Assembly: GCA_965178125.1 (NCBI GenBank)
Contig: OZ237739.1
Location: forward strand, 62,001-126,000
Source: Bilabrum cf. latius
Lineage: Eukaryota
DNA length: 64,000 bases
Reading direction: 5' to 3'
In this document: positions 26,137-38,779 of the stretch, in pieces
How the letters are laid out: every line of letters starts with the position of its first letter
Numbering within the stretch: position 1 is the first letter of the stretch
Notes under the pieces: generated by a model
Database searches by the model: none
The model's input: the letters and a program-made list of their open reading frames with translations, nothing else
What the model was told of the DNA's origin: nothing
Made by a program: the position numbers and the translations under genes

Positions 26137-26263
26137 GTCGAACCACAATGAGAATCTGACGGCTTTTTTCTGGTTCCGGCATTGCCCTTCGGCACACTGG
26201 CAGTGTACAGGCAGGGTGCCCAAGCCAACCAGCGTCTCTCCAACGCACCATGCACTGCATGTT

Positions 26264-29200
26264 TCAATCGCACATCTCATGGCCGGGGGTCTTTGGTTCA
26301 TCCGGGTCGGATCCACTGGCAGCGTCGCCGCCGCGCCCATGCCCGTCCTGCTCGCCATCCTGACCGGCCCACTGGTTACCCGCGCCGGGGGCCCCGATCC
26401 GCAATCCCCGCCCAGCCTCACTGCCGGTCACAGACCGCCCATCCCCGAGTACCCCCTCACTTCCCCCATCCCCGGCCGCATCCCCGTTCTCGCTCCCGTC
26501 CAGCAGCCCCAGCCCAAGCCCAAGCACAAGGTCTGTCGCAGCACGCCGCCGCACGTTCAAACCGCCGGCCCCGCGACCCCCACCCCCACCCAGCCCCGAG
26601 GACCGACCAACACTCTCCTGGAAGGGCCTCCTTCCCATGGGCAGCGGCTGGGTCGCAATCGACTGAGGAGTCCCCGCCGTGGACCCACCCGCGCTGCTGG
26701 CACCGGCACCGGCACCGCCCCCCCCGCTCCCCCGCACCGAGTTGGGCAGGCTGGACTGGCGCGCAGACCCGCCTCCCCCCTGCCCTCCCTGCATGCCCCC
26801 CGCGGGGGGTCTCCCCGTCCCAGACCCCCCCCCGTGAGCACGACCCGATCGCGGGGAGGCCGAAGACCCCAGCGGGCTCCCCCCCAGCGAGTCCTCTCTC
26901 AGGCTCAGGTCGCTGCCCGTGTGGACCAGCATGCGGGAGGGGTGGGCTGACGGGTGCGCGCCTTCGCCATGGCGCCGCTGGGGCACGGAGCCCCCCATCT
27001 GATCTGATCCTGACCCGGAGCCAGAACCGCGGGTCGCCTTGCGCAGCGGCGTGCCGGAGGGGAGCACCCCGCTCGCACTCTCATTGCCCTGCTGCCCGAG
27101 GCCCTGTCCCTGCAGGCTCTGATGCATGCGGCCGCCCACTGGCACACGGGCCACGCTGCGACTCCGCCCGTACCCTGCTCCCGGTGCCACTTGCTGCTGC
27201 CCCGGGGACCGGCCCCTGTCTTTGTCGCCCCCGTCGCCCTCGCCCTCACCCTCGCCCTCGCCCTGGCCCGCGTGGAGAGCGTCGATGTCGTCAAGCAGCG
27301 AGGGCCCGGGATCGCTCTCCCCGCGGGCCCGGGACAGGCCCCCACTGCTGAAGCCGGAGCCAGAGCCGCCACGCCTGTGCCCCACCCCTGCCCCTGCCCC
27401 TGCCGCAGCCCCTGCACTCGCGCCGCCCTGCCCCTCCAACCCATCGCTGGATATCCCGCGGGGCCCCAGCAAACCAGGCCCCAGGTCTAGACCAAGTCCA
27501 ACTTCTCCCGGGTTGGCTGTCTCGGCCCTGCGCCGACTCGTGAGACTGGGGGCGGGCTGGGTCCTGGTGCCGCTGCTGCGACGGGGGTGCTGCTCGGCAG
27601 CGGGTGCGGGTGCGGGTGCGGGTGCGGGTGCGGGTGCGGGTGCGGGTGCGGGTGCGGGTGCGGGTGCGGGTGCGGGTGCGGGTGCGGGTGCGGGTGTTGG
27701 TGTTTCTGCTGCTACCGCTGTTCCAGGTTCAGATTCTGGTTCTGTTGCTGCTGCTGCTGCTGCTGCGCTGCTTGCCGCTCCTGGTGGGGGTAGTTGCGCC
27801 TGGTTTTGTGACGATAGTGGGATGAACGCCGGCGCCGCCGCTGTGCTCCTTGCACCGGTCTCTTGCGACCACTGCTGCTGGGTGTGGGTGTGCTGCTGTG
27901 GAGGGTGCATGTAGCCAGCAGGCGCAGGTGCCTGCCCCATGTACGGAGCAGGTGCAGGTGCCATAGAGCCACCGTACATCCCGACAGGTGCCGGGGCCTG
28001 CACCCACCCCATCGACGCTATGCCTGCGGAGACACCCGCCCCCGCACTCGGACCAATGCCCCCCGTCCCAGTACCCGCCCCCATCCCCATCACCGCAGGA
28101 CCCCAGCTATACCCTGCTACCATGGGAAAGGAACCACTCGTCATACCACCATAGCCACCGTACATCTAAGCGCTACCGGCTCCAATTCCACCCATGCCCA
28201 TGTCTATGCCCGGCTGCATGCCCATGCCCATGCCAACTCCGAAGCCCATGCCTCCAACCCCTTGCGTCCCACTGACCATGCCACCCATCGGCTGCAACCC
28301 CACACCCCCCGCCTGGCCGTGGCCGTACGCAAACCCCTGCCCCAGACCATGCGACGGAGCCCCGCCGCTCTGCCACGGCAGCACCGACCCCGAACTGCCC
28401 AGCCCGCTGCCAACTACCCCCGGCCCCGGCCCCGCCGCGCCCTGGCCCTGTGCCCCGCCGCTCGACAGAAGGGACGGCAACCTCTGCTGCGCGAACCCTA
28501 CTGTAATGCTCGCGCCCCGCACCGCAGTGCCGTGCAGCCTTACGATGGCCTCCACCGCCGACTCCACAGAGGGCATGGTCACGTACCAGAGGCTCCCCAG
28601 AGAGCCCTACCCGACACCGGAGAACTGCACCCCCTTGCCCGCCCCGTACGGCCGCACCAGTCCGATGACGTGCTTCGTCTGCGTGCCCCTAGGCAGCCCC
28701 TCGAGCACGATCCTGTTGCCCGGCCGCACCAGCCTGTCAACGCAGGCGGCGTCCATGGCTGCGAAGCGGTGCAGGGGGCTCGAGCTGCCCAGCCGCAGCA
28801 CGCCCCCTGTTCCCTGGGTCTCGGACGGGGTCCTTGCCCCCAGCGCGGGCAGGGAACGCTGCTCCGTGGGTCTCGCGGCCAGCACCTGGCCAAACACCTT
28901 CAGCCCGTGGAGGAACCGCTGGGCCAGCACCGCGCCCAGCTTGTTGCGGAACTGCACCATGGCACTGCCATGCGATGCACCTAGCTTCCCCTGGTCGGGT
29001 GCCCCCACGCCGGCGCCTGCCTCCCCCTATGTGCCATGCACCGACACCACGTCCCCGTACAGCCCGCACAGCACGGCCATGTCTCGCAGGGACGTCACCT
29101 TGGGCAGGAAGCCATCCACCTTGAGAACAGGCCCAGTGTCGTCCTGCACGCGCTGCAGCACCGCGCTGGCCACGTCCGGCTGCCCCTGCTGTGCGAGGCT

Positions 29201-31073
29201 CGCAACCACTGCGTCCTGCCACGCGGACTCCAGCCCCGCGCCGGCCTTAGGCCCCCCCGCGAACAGGGTCCCCGCCGTGGGGGCGAAGGCTCCAGACATG
29301 CTGGCATGTGCTGTGGGCAGCGGCGCCCCCCCGCTGCCGCGGCCCCGGCCCTTGCCCCTGTCACCCCCCCTGCGCCCGTGCCTGCCCTTCCTGTCGAACT
29401 GCCCGTCCACCATCTCGGGCGCGATCCTGATCTGGCCCCCCCTCAGCGCCTCGATCGGGATGGGGGGGCCGGCGGGCAGGTCCGGCCTGGTGAGGTCCAG
29501 GGACTTGTCGTTGTTGTACCGGACCGTGATGTTGGAGTTCTTGCTGAACTACACCCTAAGCCGGTTGCCCGTGTCGTAGATGCACTTGCCGTCCAGCTCG
29601 ATCTTGGCGAAGGCAGCCACGTCCGTGGAGGCGTACTCCACCAGCGCGTTCGTGTGCCCGTCCCTCGTGAAGATGACTAGCCGCTGCAACCCGTCAAACC
29701 TTCCGAAGACCTTTTGCATGATACCGGAGGTGATCTTGTGCACGCAGTGGTACACGGTCACCAGCAGCACTGGACTAGGGGGATTCCCATCCGCATTCCC
29801 CACGCGATCCCCGCGCCTGCTGCCACCCTGCATCCCACCACCCTGTCCTCCACGACCCCCGCGATGCCCACCTCTGCCTCTTCCCCCGCCTCTACCCCGG
29901 CCCCTGCCCCCCCCTCTGCCTCTACCCCTGCCTCGACCCCTGCCCCTACCGCCACTGTCGACCGGTCGCGAGGAGTCGCGGGCCAAGCCGGGCAGCGGTG
30001 GAGGCTAAGCGGACACTGTACCGCTCGCAGCCGCCGATGCTGTCCCCACTGGGGGGTCAGCTGCACCCCCGGGGCCCTGTACTCCCTGTCCCTGCCCCTG
30101 TCCCTGTCCTGTCACTGGAGCTGCGGCTTGGGAGCGCACTCCATCACCCCCCCCGTGTCCACCCGAATGCGAATGGGGTTTCCCTGCACCGGCAGTACCG
30201 GCCCTTGTCCCTGTCGCCGCGGCTGCAGCAGCACCAGAGCCAGAGCCAGATCCAGACCCAGCACCGGAAGCAGCAGCAGCAGCCGCCGCCTTGGCCGCTG
30301 CCACCTGGGTCGGGTCCAGCGTGGTGAGCTTGGAGAACCGCAGGGAGAGCTTGGTGTCCTGCAGGATACACGGCTTCTGGGCGTAGTAGGCCACCAGCCG
30401 CGCGAGCCCAGATCCTGACCTTGCCTCGATGTGCGCGAAGGACCCGTCCTTGGAGACCCTTGCGAACCGGAGGGGGGTGAAGGGGGCCATCAGCTTCTCC
30501 AGGTCCTGAGTGGCGGTGTCCGGGGGCAGCTGCTGCACGGACAGGACCTGCGAGGGGTAGTGGTGGGAGTGATGTGAGGCAGGGGGTGCAGGGTGGCGGT
30601 GGGGGTGCAATGGCACTGCCAGTGGCTAGACTCTATGATGAGAGCCGGCGGCAAGGCGGGAGGGGACGCTAGAGCGGTTGACGATGTTCCCTTTGTAGCT
30701 TCCACGGGCTGTGCAACCCGAGGTCAGCGAAAGGAACCACATTGCTTTTAGGAAATCTCACCCAACTGGGCACGTCGCCCTCTTTCCAAACGAAGCTGCC
30801 TAGGTCCGAGAATTCCATGGACCGCCGGTGTGCGTCCTCTATGGGAAGTTTCTTCTTGCGACTCTTTCCGGTCCGCGCGAGCGATCCACCCGATGCAGCA
30901 GCTGATGTTGCATGACCTATCCCGACGGCTGGACTTGTTTCTTCGTGCACACCCGAGATGGAATGCGAACCTACCGCTTGAAACTACTGCCCATTCGGCT
31001 GCTGCACGCTTGCTCCAGCATCGATGCTGATATACCCACCCCCAGAGGACGGACGATCCAACTAAGCGCTCAT
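26264..31073 (-). CDS. PTB/hnRNP L-like multi-RRM RNA-binding protein with RGG and low-complexity regions
   Basis: PTB RRM2-like SPVLLVTV..VFGRFDGLQRLVIF..ALVEY..LDGKCIY..LRV*FSK..YNNDKSLD. TAG at 31062, 30984, 30005, 29549, 29027, 28607, 28166. One intron from 30761 (GTGAGA) to about 30626 (acceptor uncertain); ends TGA. Confidence 0.8.
27600..27695. repeat. Perfect hexamer microsatellite (GCGGGT)x16, encoding (Pro-Ala)n
   Basis: 16 exact copies visible, inside the PTB-like CDS. Confidence 0.95.
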
Positions 31074-31255
31074 ACCTCTGCCACAAGTCCCTCGATTTGT
31101 CGTGGTGCGGTTTGTGAATCTCTCTGCGATCCGTGAAAACCACACTAGCTTGATTGCAAGATGCTGCGCTCTTCAGTCCAGGTCAGAGCAACCCTCCAAT
31201 AAATAAATGGAGTGATACAAACACTACGCACACCCGATTCCGGTCGCAGGTACGG

Positions 31256-34200
31256 ATGAGTCGCAGGGCAGATCGCAGATGTATGACTTCCGTCGGTTTC
31301 AGCGAACTCTTCCGCTGGGAAAACGAACGTTCTCTAAGCAGAAAATGGCCAAGGTGTTCACGTGCAGCTTACAGGATGCAGCCGATACGAAAACTCAGTT
31401 CGTCGTCCTCCCATGCTTGGACAAGTTGTTTACAAGCGACTCAATCCAGATACCACGCCTCTCTGCTTCAGATACTGAAAAAACGAAGCGGGCAAGGATG
31501 TTCCCATGCGGTCTCAGCTCGACTTGCCCACACAGGTCCCAGACCAAGGCCTTTGCGTGACAACAAGCGGCGCCCAAGACATAAATAGGCTCTACCGACT
31601 AATGTTGCGCAGTCAGGCTCTCCTGATCATTGGTCGGGCACGCTTCTGGAGAGCGAGACGGCTAGATGCAACGCCGTACGGAAACTGCGGGATGCCACCG
31701 CTCTCAGACGATTCTTTAACCAGCACAAGGTAGTCATGTAGGGTGAGCACTATAATGCAAAGCTAATCTCACGCCTTCATGCAGAAATCACCTCATATTT
31801 TCCCGTTCATTCGGTTTCGGTGCCCTTGCCACGCAGGCCCGAGCCTGACTTTGTCGCTGCTGGCCATCGCTCGCCAGCGCTGGGCGCGCGCTGAGGAGGG
31901 GAAGCTGGTGCATGACATTATCGCAGAGACTCGCCTGAAGGCCTCGAAGGACCTAGCGGCCTTCACGCCCATGCAGCTCGCATACGTCCCGTACGCCATC
32001 AGCAAGATATACAACGCCAGCAGGAGCAGGACCTTTGCCTTCATCCGATCGACAACCGCGTCCAGGCGGTCGCCCCACAAGCCGCTGCACCGCCTGCTAG
32101 CCCCCGCGCCGCACCCCGAAGCAGCTGCTCGCGTGCTCCGCGCGCACCTGTCGAGCCCAGAGGGCCAGGCGCTGGAGCGGGCCGTGGGGAGCTCTGGCCT
32201 GAATCCAAAGCAGCTGTGCACCTGGGAGGCGCGAGGATTCTCCCTGTCCATCGGCCTCATGCGGGTGCTGCTGACCCGCATCACCTCCATGATGGCGCGT
32301 GGCTCGCTGAACGGGCTGCAGGCTGCCAACTGCGTGCTGGGCCTCACGCACGTGCTGCACGACGAGGCCTTTTCCGCTCACCGAATGTTTGCCAAGGCCA
32401 TGGAGAAGGACGAGGTGCTGGCCGCGCAGGTGATGAGCCAGCGCCACAGCGCCACCATCGCGCTGTACGTGCTGCAGCGCAGCAAGTGCGAAGGCTTCCT
32501 GTGGGAGCAGCACGTGAGGGCGGCCGTCGGTCAGATGCAGCGCATTGCGGTGCAGCATGGGATCGGGCAGGGTGTCCCGGGAGAGGCTTTGTAGCCGGAA
32601 GGGGCTGGGCACGGCACCACCGGCAAGGAACACGAGCGCGGGCACGCAGCGGGGGGCGTGGCGGGTGCAGCCAAGGCCGGGAGCCACGGAGACCCAGAGG
32701 CAGAGGCAGCCGATTCTGGGTGTCCCAGTGGCACCTCGCTCGCAGGCCCCAGCCCGCTGCAGCACTCCCCGCCCTACCTGATCGCGGGGCTGCTGCACCT
32801 GGCCGCCCTTCGGAAGGCACCCCGCGCCGATTTCGTCCGAGAGGCAGTGCGTCAGCTCTCCGTCCCCGGGGCGTTGGAGGACCTGTCCATACAGCAGCTG
32901 GATGACCTGGCGTGGGCTGCGGGCGCCCTGGCTCTGGAGGACCCGGAGCTGGGGCACGAGCTGGCGGAGCGGGCCGCTCGACTGGCGCCTGGGCTCAAGA
33001 AAAGGGAGCTGCTGTCGCTGTGCCTGAAGCTCTCCGCAATGCAGTGCATCACACCCTCGCTGCTCGAGGAGGCCACGGACGCGGTGCTGGGCTCCCACCC
33101 GGGGCTCGAGGTGCTGGCCCGGCTACCCGTGCAGGTGACGGCGAGGGAGGGGCCGGTGGCCGCCTGGCGCACGCGCGTGTCGCTCGAGCACTCTACCAGG
33201 CAGCAGGTTCGGTCCAGATCGAAGATGAAGAGAGCGCAGTCCATCCGTCGACTCGGCCAGGATGCAGGGGAGCCGCGGGACGAGGCCGGTGCGGGAGTGG
33301 GGGCGGCAGGCGCAGAAGTGGGAGGAGCTCGCGGGCAATGGGTGGCGTCGAGGGGGCGAGACGTGCCCGGGGCGCCGGTGGACGTGGCAGAGCAGCCCAC
33401 CTCCGTAGAGACGATGCGCTCGCTGATCACCTCGGCCAAGATCGCGGTGGCCCAGCGTGGCACCAACGGGAAGCGGTCCATCGCGCTGGGTCGATGCCTT
33501 GCTGCATGTGCCATCGCGAACGCCCCTCGGGGCAGCGGGGCCGCTGAGAAGGACCTGGTGGCCGCCGTGGTCTTCGGGCTGGCCCATCTGCCGCCCTTGG
33601 AAGCCGCCGCGCTGCTATCCAACGGCCCGGTGGCCTTCAGGCTGGGTGCGTCGCTGGAGGCTCTCACGGAGCTGTACGAGGAACAGGCCGAGGACGGGCG
33701 CCGTCGGATGGAGGCATTCGAGGAGGAGGCGGGGGCGGCCGTGCTGGGAGGCGCCAGGGAACAAGAGGAGGAGATGGCCCTGGAGGCTCTGAGCGAGGAG
33801 CTGATCGACAGGGCGAGGCAGGCCCTGTCGGAGCAGGGACAGGGGTGGGACAGCGAGGTGAACGAGGGCGAGGCGCTGACAGAGGCGGTAGTGCGGAGGG
33901 CCAAGGAGGCGTGGGCGGGGAGGGTGTGCGATCGTGCGATGCAGATGGCGAGGGAGCGCATGCGGCAGGCGAGGCTTGACCGAAGCCGAGCCGTGGCCGA
34001 GCAGAACAAGCAGAGCGAGTCAGCGAAGGGGCGGGGGCAGGGGCAGACACTTCACCAAGGGCGTCAGGCGGATGACAAGAGAGCCGGGAACCCTGCCGCT
34101 GAAAAAGGGGGCTCGGAAACTGCTGCTGCCGGGGAGGACTCTTTGGCCGGCGCTGGCCACCCGCGCGCGCCCGACTCCCCGGCCCCCAAGACGGCCCTCA

Positions 34201-36848
34201 GGCAGTTCGGGCTCAGGCTCCTGGGCTTCCACTTCTCCAGGCTGAGGCTGCCCTTCCCCCCGCTCATGCACGCCCTCACGGCCGCACTCGTCACACGCTC
34301 CGAGACCATGGACCCCCGCATGCTGGCGGCCATGGTGGACTCGGCAGTGACCATGGACCTGGGCTCTCCCCCGGTGGTGCAGGCGCTCGTGAGGCAGTCC
34401 TTGCAGCTGAGCGGCGCGCTGCAGAGCTCCGTGCGGGCCGCTTCTGCCCTGCTGTGGGGCTCCTTGTGCCTGGGCGAGCGGAGGGTGGAGCACGTGCTGC
34501 CGGTTCTAACCGCTGTGCAGGGGCTGTCGCCCGCCGGCCAGGAGCTGTACACGACCCCGAACCGGCACCTGTCCCGACTCTACCTCGCCCTGGTGGCGTG
34601 CCGCTCCATCGAGGGGCTGGACATGACCCCCCTGCTGCACCGGCCGCTCGTGAGGGCCATGCGGCTGGCGGAGGCACACGCTCCCATCAGGGAACACCCC
34701 TGGATCGTGCCGGGCAAGCAGGACGGGAGTGGCGGCGGCAGTGTGGGTGCGGCTGGCAGGGAGCTGCTGGCTCGCCGCAGCGTGGCTCTGGAGGTGGCGC
34801 GTGTGGTGCGCGGCATGGCCGGGGGTGTCCAGGACCAGGACCAGAACTAGGGGCGGGGTACCTCCGGCGCACTCCCTGCGCCCTCTGGAGGGTCACCCCC
34901 GGGCGGAGGCCTGGGGGAAGAGTGGAGCGCCCAGCAGGAGGCCATGGAGGCGCTCTCCCAGGTGGTGTCCTCGGACGGGGCCGCCGACCTGGCTCTGGGG
35001 TCTATCGCCACGGACGGGGTGGGGGCGGCTACTGACGCCGCGGCGCACGACGTGGCGCTGGCGGCAGGGGGCGGCAAGAGGCTCCGTCGACGGGCGGGGG
35101 AGCCCATGCGCTCCCGCTGGCTGGAGGCTCAGGACGAGTCAGAGGTCCTGCAGCTGCTGCACGACTCGGACCCCGTGGTGGCTCTGTTCGCGGCGAGGTG
35201 CGCGGGGATGATGCGGAGGAGGCTGGGGGTGGGGCACGGCCGGGGGCGGCAGGGCGAGCGGGGTGCATCGCACGATGGTGTGTCCGAGCGCCGCAAGGGC
35301 TCGTCGACTGGCACGGTGGGCCAGCTGGGCACCCTGGCGGCAACTGCAGCCGCGCTGGGCGCCTCGGGTGCTCCCCCCGGGGCGCGGCAGCTGGTTGAGC
35401 TGCCGGTTGGGTCGGACACTCCAGCAGCGCTGCTGGCCCTCTCCCGGGCACTGCTCTCTGGGGCCAGGGGGACCAGGAAGAGCGCGAGTGGTATCAAGGG
35501 CAAGGGCAAGGGTGGGGGCAGGGGCAGGGGGGCCGAGAGCGAGCCGGAGGTGACGGTGCGCGTGGGTGCCGACATCGGCGACGGGCTGCGGCCCCTGCTC
35601 GCGGTCGAGGCCAAGGATTCAAGCCCAGGGGGGGAGCCCCTCAGGCTGTGGGTGGACGTTGTTGATTCCTTCGAGCTTAGCCCGTGGCATGGCAGGGGCA
35701 GGGACAGGCCGCCGCCCTCGGGGGAGACGGATGGGTACGATAGCACGCTTGCCGCCAGTCTGCACGACGCCCGCATCAACAGCGAGATGTTCAACGTAAG
35801 TGGAGGTGGAGGTGGTGGTGGTGGTGTGAGGGGCGGGCAAAGGCGCGGGGGTGGGAGCTACTTGCGAGGGGTTGATGACGGTGGCGCAGATGATTCCGGG
35901 CGCGAGTTTGGCGGGATGCGGAGGGAGGGGTTGTGGCAGGGCCCCCTTGGCGAGCTGCCTTGGTGCTGCGACCCTCGGCTGCGGGCGAACCAGCCGCACC
36001 TGTCGCTGCTGCGGAGCGTGGGGATGGGCACGCTGCCTCCGTACGTCACCGCGGTGCTGCCACCCGAGGAGGACGAGGATGGGACAGATGGCACTGATGG
36101 TTGGAAGGAGGGTGAGGTTGTGGTGGGCGCGGATGGGACTGGGGTCGGGGCCGGGGCCGGGGCTACTGTTAGTTAGCGCGGGGGGAGGGAGGATGAGGAC
36201 GGGGACGGGGAAGGCTCTGGCGGTGAGGACAGCACCTCTCCGGCATCCAGCGGGGTGCCCCTCCTGTGGTCGGAGGCAGTGGAGCGTGCGCTCCCGCTGG
36301 TCAGCGAGCTCACTGCCAGGGGTGTGCTCGTGGAGCCGAGGTACCTGTCCGCGCCCATGCGGCTGGTGCACGACGTGGCGGTGGCTAAGGGCTGGGTGCC
36401 TGTGTTCGTGCACAGGGACGTGCTAGAGAGGGAGGACGCGGCCGTGGCGGAGGCGCTGCTGGAGAGGGCAGGGGGGGGTGCGGAGGCGCTGCTGCCGGCG
36501 GAGCTGGAGGCGGCGCTGGACCGTGCAGGGGGGCTGGATCGGGCCGGTTGGCGCGTGCAGGACGAGCCACAGAGCGGTAGGCTTTCAGGTGACACCCGTT
36601 CGGATTTGGAGACAAGAACAGCGAGGAAAATGAGGAGGAGAAGGAGGAGGCCGTCTGCGATGGACTCCAGCGAGACCGAGTCCAACCTGGCGGGGGCCAG
36701 CGAGTCGGGGGCCTGGGGCGACATGGATGCGTGGGCAGAAGCAGAGGCGGGCGGGGCGGCGTGGGGGCTGGACGAGGCGAGTGGCGGCAGTGAGCTGGTG
36801 CGCGAGCTGGGCCTCGACAGAGAAGAGCAGAGCAAGGGTCGGCGCTGA
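31256..36848 (+). CDS. Large helical-repeat (FASTK/HPR/OPR-like) organellar RNA-binding protein candidate (~1800 aa)
   Basis: Five track ORFs join through TAGs at 31586, 31739, 32592, 34848, 36174 and intron 31743-31836; ends TGA. Repeats such as SIQQLDDLAWAAGALALEDPEL and MDPRMLAAMVDSAVTMDL. Start is 31256 or 31376. Family call tentative. Confidence 0.6.
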
Positions 36849-37067
36849 GGCGCTTTTGATGAAGGAAGAACAGCGAAGATTTGGGATGCGGGATCCAGTG
36901 AGGTCAAGGGTGGTGGTGGTGGCATGAGACCAGCGAACACGTCGTGCGTCTCCAATCAAAACAATCTCCGGGTCCAAGGTCCAAGCAAGCGTCACTTCCC
37001 TACCCCCGCCCGCCATCGCCCGTTTCCCTGCGCGCCCGATGCCGCCCTTCTTGCTGACTCGATCGGA

Positions 37068-38417
37068 TCACCCGAGCCAGGCCATCAGGAAATCGTCCGC
37101 CCCCACAGTAAGCCAGCCGCGGGTCTTGCCATCGGGGTGCACGGGAGCGATGCCAGTGACGCACGCCGAGTGGCCGATCCCAGCCGAGGCGTGCTTGCCC
37201 AGCACACCCACGATGCTCAGCCCCCTGCCGACGTCCCGCACCGTCATGCCACCGTCCGTGTGACCGACCACGCAAAGCGACTGACCCGGGGGGCCTCCCC
37301 CTCCCCCCGGCGGGATGTCAAGGCACTGGATGCAGCTGATGGGTTTCTTCGGGAAAGGCTTCTCTCTCTTGATTTCCTTCGGATTGTCCGGGACCGTCAT
37401 GTCCCACACGACCATGCTCCCGTTCCGGGACCCCGTCACCACGCACTGCTTACCGGCCACAGACAGCCGAGCCAGCGCAGACACGTCCGCACCATGCGCC
37501 CCCGCGCCCGCCCGCACGGCCGTGGGACTCGCCGGAGCCGCGGGATTCCACACCTGTATGCAGTGGTCCAGCCCGCACGTGACGAGTCGCCCGTTCACGT
37601 ACTCCATACCAGAGACGGCCCTCACGTGACCCTCGCCCAGCGAGCGAGTGAGCCACTTCCCGCTGCCGCCATCGTACTTCCAGGTCTTCACGGCCCCGTC
37701 TATTGAGCCGGAGAACAAGATGGGAGGCGAGCCGTCCGGCTGCGGTGTGGCTGCCAGCACAGTCACAACGTTCTTGTGGGCGTACCGGCCGTGCGGGAGC
37801 ACCACTTCGAGCGCTGCCTTGCCCGGATTCAGTATGTCGTACACCCGCACTCGGCCCACATCCACCGCAATACCCTCTGCCAACGGGGCCGTGTAGGCCA
37901 CAACAAGGTACTTCGTGCTGACCAGCAGCCTGGTGACCAGTCCGCTCTGCTTAAGGGTGGCCACTTTCTTCAGCGATGTATTCAGCACGTTCACGCAGTT
38001 GCCGTCAGCAACAAAGTAAAATCGCTTGGTCTTGTCGGTGGGGTGAGCTAACATCGCGACGGACATCAAGCCGCTCCTGGTGCCGCTCCCTTTCTGTCTA
38101 ACCGGGAGCTTGATATGCATTTTGGGACCGCCCCCGCCCCCACGGCCACCGCCGCCACCATGATCCATAGGATATTTCCTACCGCCACTGCCTCCACCCC
38201 TTCTTCCTCCTCTTCCACCTCCGCTGCCACCGCCTCGCTCATCCGCCCAAGTCACTCCTCCACCCTTTCCCTTTCTCCTCCCACCGTTCCCGCCCCCTCC
38301 CCCACCTCTTCCTCCTCCACCCCGTCGGCCACCATCACCTTTTCTACCACCACCACCGCCGCCGCCGCCGCCGCCCCCGCGTCCGCCTCCGCCACCAGTA
38401 AACATCGTGGCTGCCAT
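37068..38417 (-). CDS. WD40-repeat protein with Gly/Arg-rich N-terminus (449 aa)
   Basis: LFSGSIDGAVKTW, GHVRAVSGM..LVTCGLDHCIQVWN, VTGSRNGSMVVWD; single ORF from ATG to TGA. Confidence 0.85.
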   Translation of the reverse strand: MAATMFTGGGGGRGGGGGGGGGGGRKGDGGRRGGGGRGGGGGGNGGRRKGKGGGVTWADERGGGSGGGRGGRRGGGSGGRKYPMDHGGGGGRGGGGGPKMHIKLPVRQKGSGTRSGLMSVAMLAHPTDKTKRFYFVADGNCVNVLNTSLKKVATLKQSGLVTRLLVSTKYLVVAYTAPLAEGIAVDVGRVRVYDILNPGKAALEVVLPHGRYAHKNVVTVLAATPQPDGSPPILFSGSIDGAVKTWKYDGGSGKWLTRSLGEGHVRAVSGMEYVNGRLVTCGLDHCIQVWNPAAPASPTAVRAGAGAHGADVSALARLSVAGKQCVVTGSRNGSMVVWDMTVPDNPKEIKREKPFPKKPISCIQCLDIPPGGGGGPPGQSLCVVGHTDGGMTVRDVGRGLSIVGVLGKHASAGIGHSACVTGIAPVHPDGKTRGWLTVGADDFLMAWLG

Positions 38418-38779
38418 AGCAATTGAACAACGGAGAGAGCTGCCAGTTACGTCTCAGAGCCAACACTACAAAGGTAGTGGCTGCCTTAAATTTATGAAGC
38501 GTACACAAAAATAACCAAATCTGAGGAGCTTGAGGGACCTTCCGGCTTTTCCTACCTTGTGTAGGGCAAAAAGGGTGGTATCCACATGTCTGATTTAATT
38601 TGTATATAGCGTGATAAATGCGTCCCACCGCCGCCTCGAGAAAGATCCCAATTGCTTCCCTCGGAACCAAGGTATGCAGCAATTTGTTCTAGCCTATGCA
38701 CTCTAAAAAATGATGTGTGCGGAATGGTCGTTTTCCATCTATTTGTGTGCCCTAGCATGGTTCTCGCAGCGTACGCACC

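Noticed and set aside
27600-27695. CRISPR array or telomeric repeat
   Set aside because: No spacers; it is a short in-frame coding microsatellite in a eukaryotic gene.
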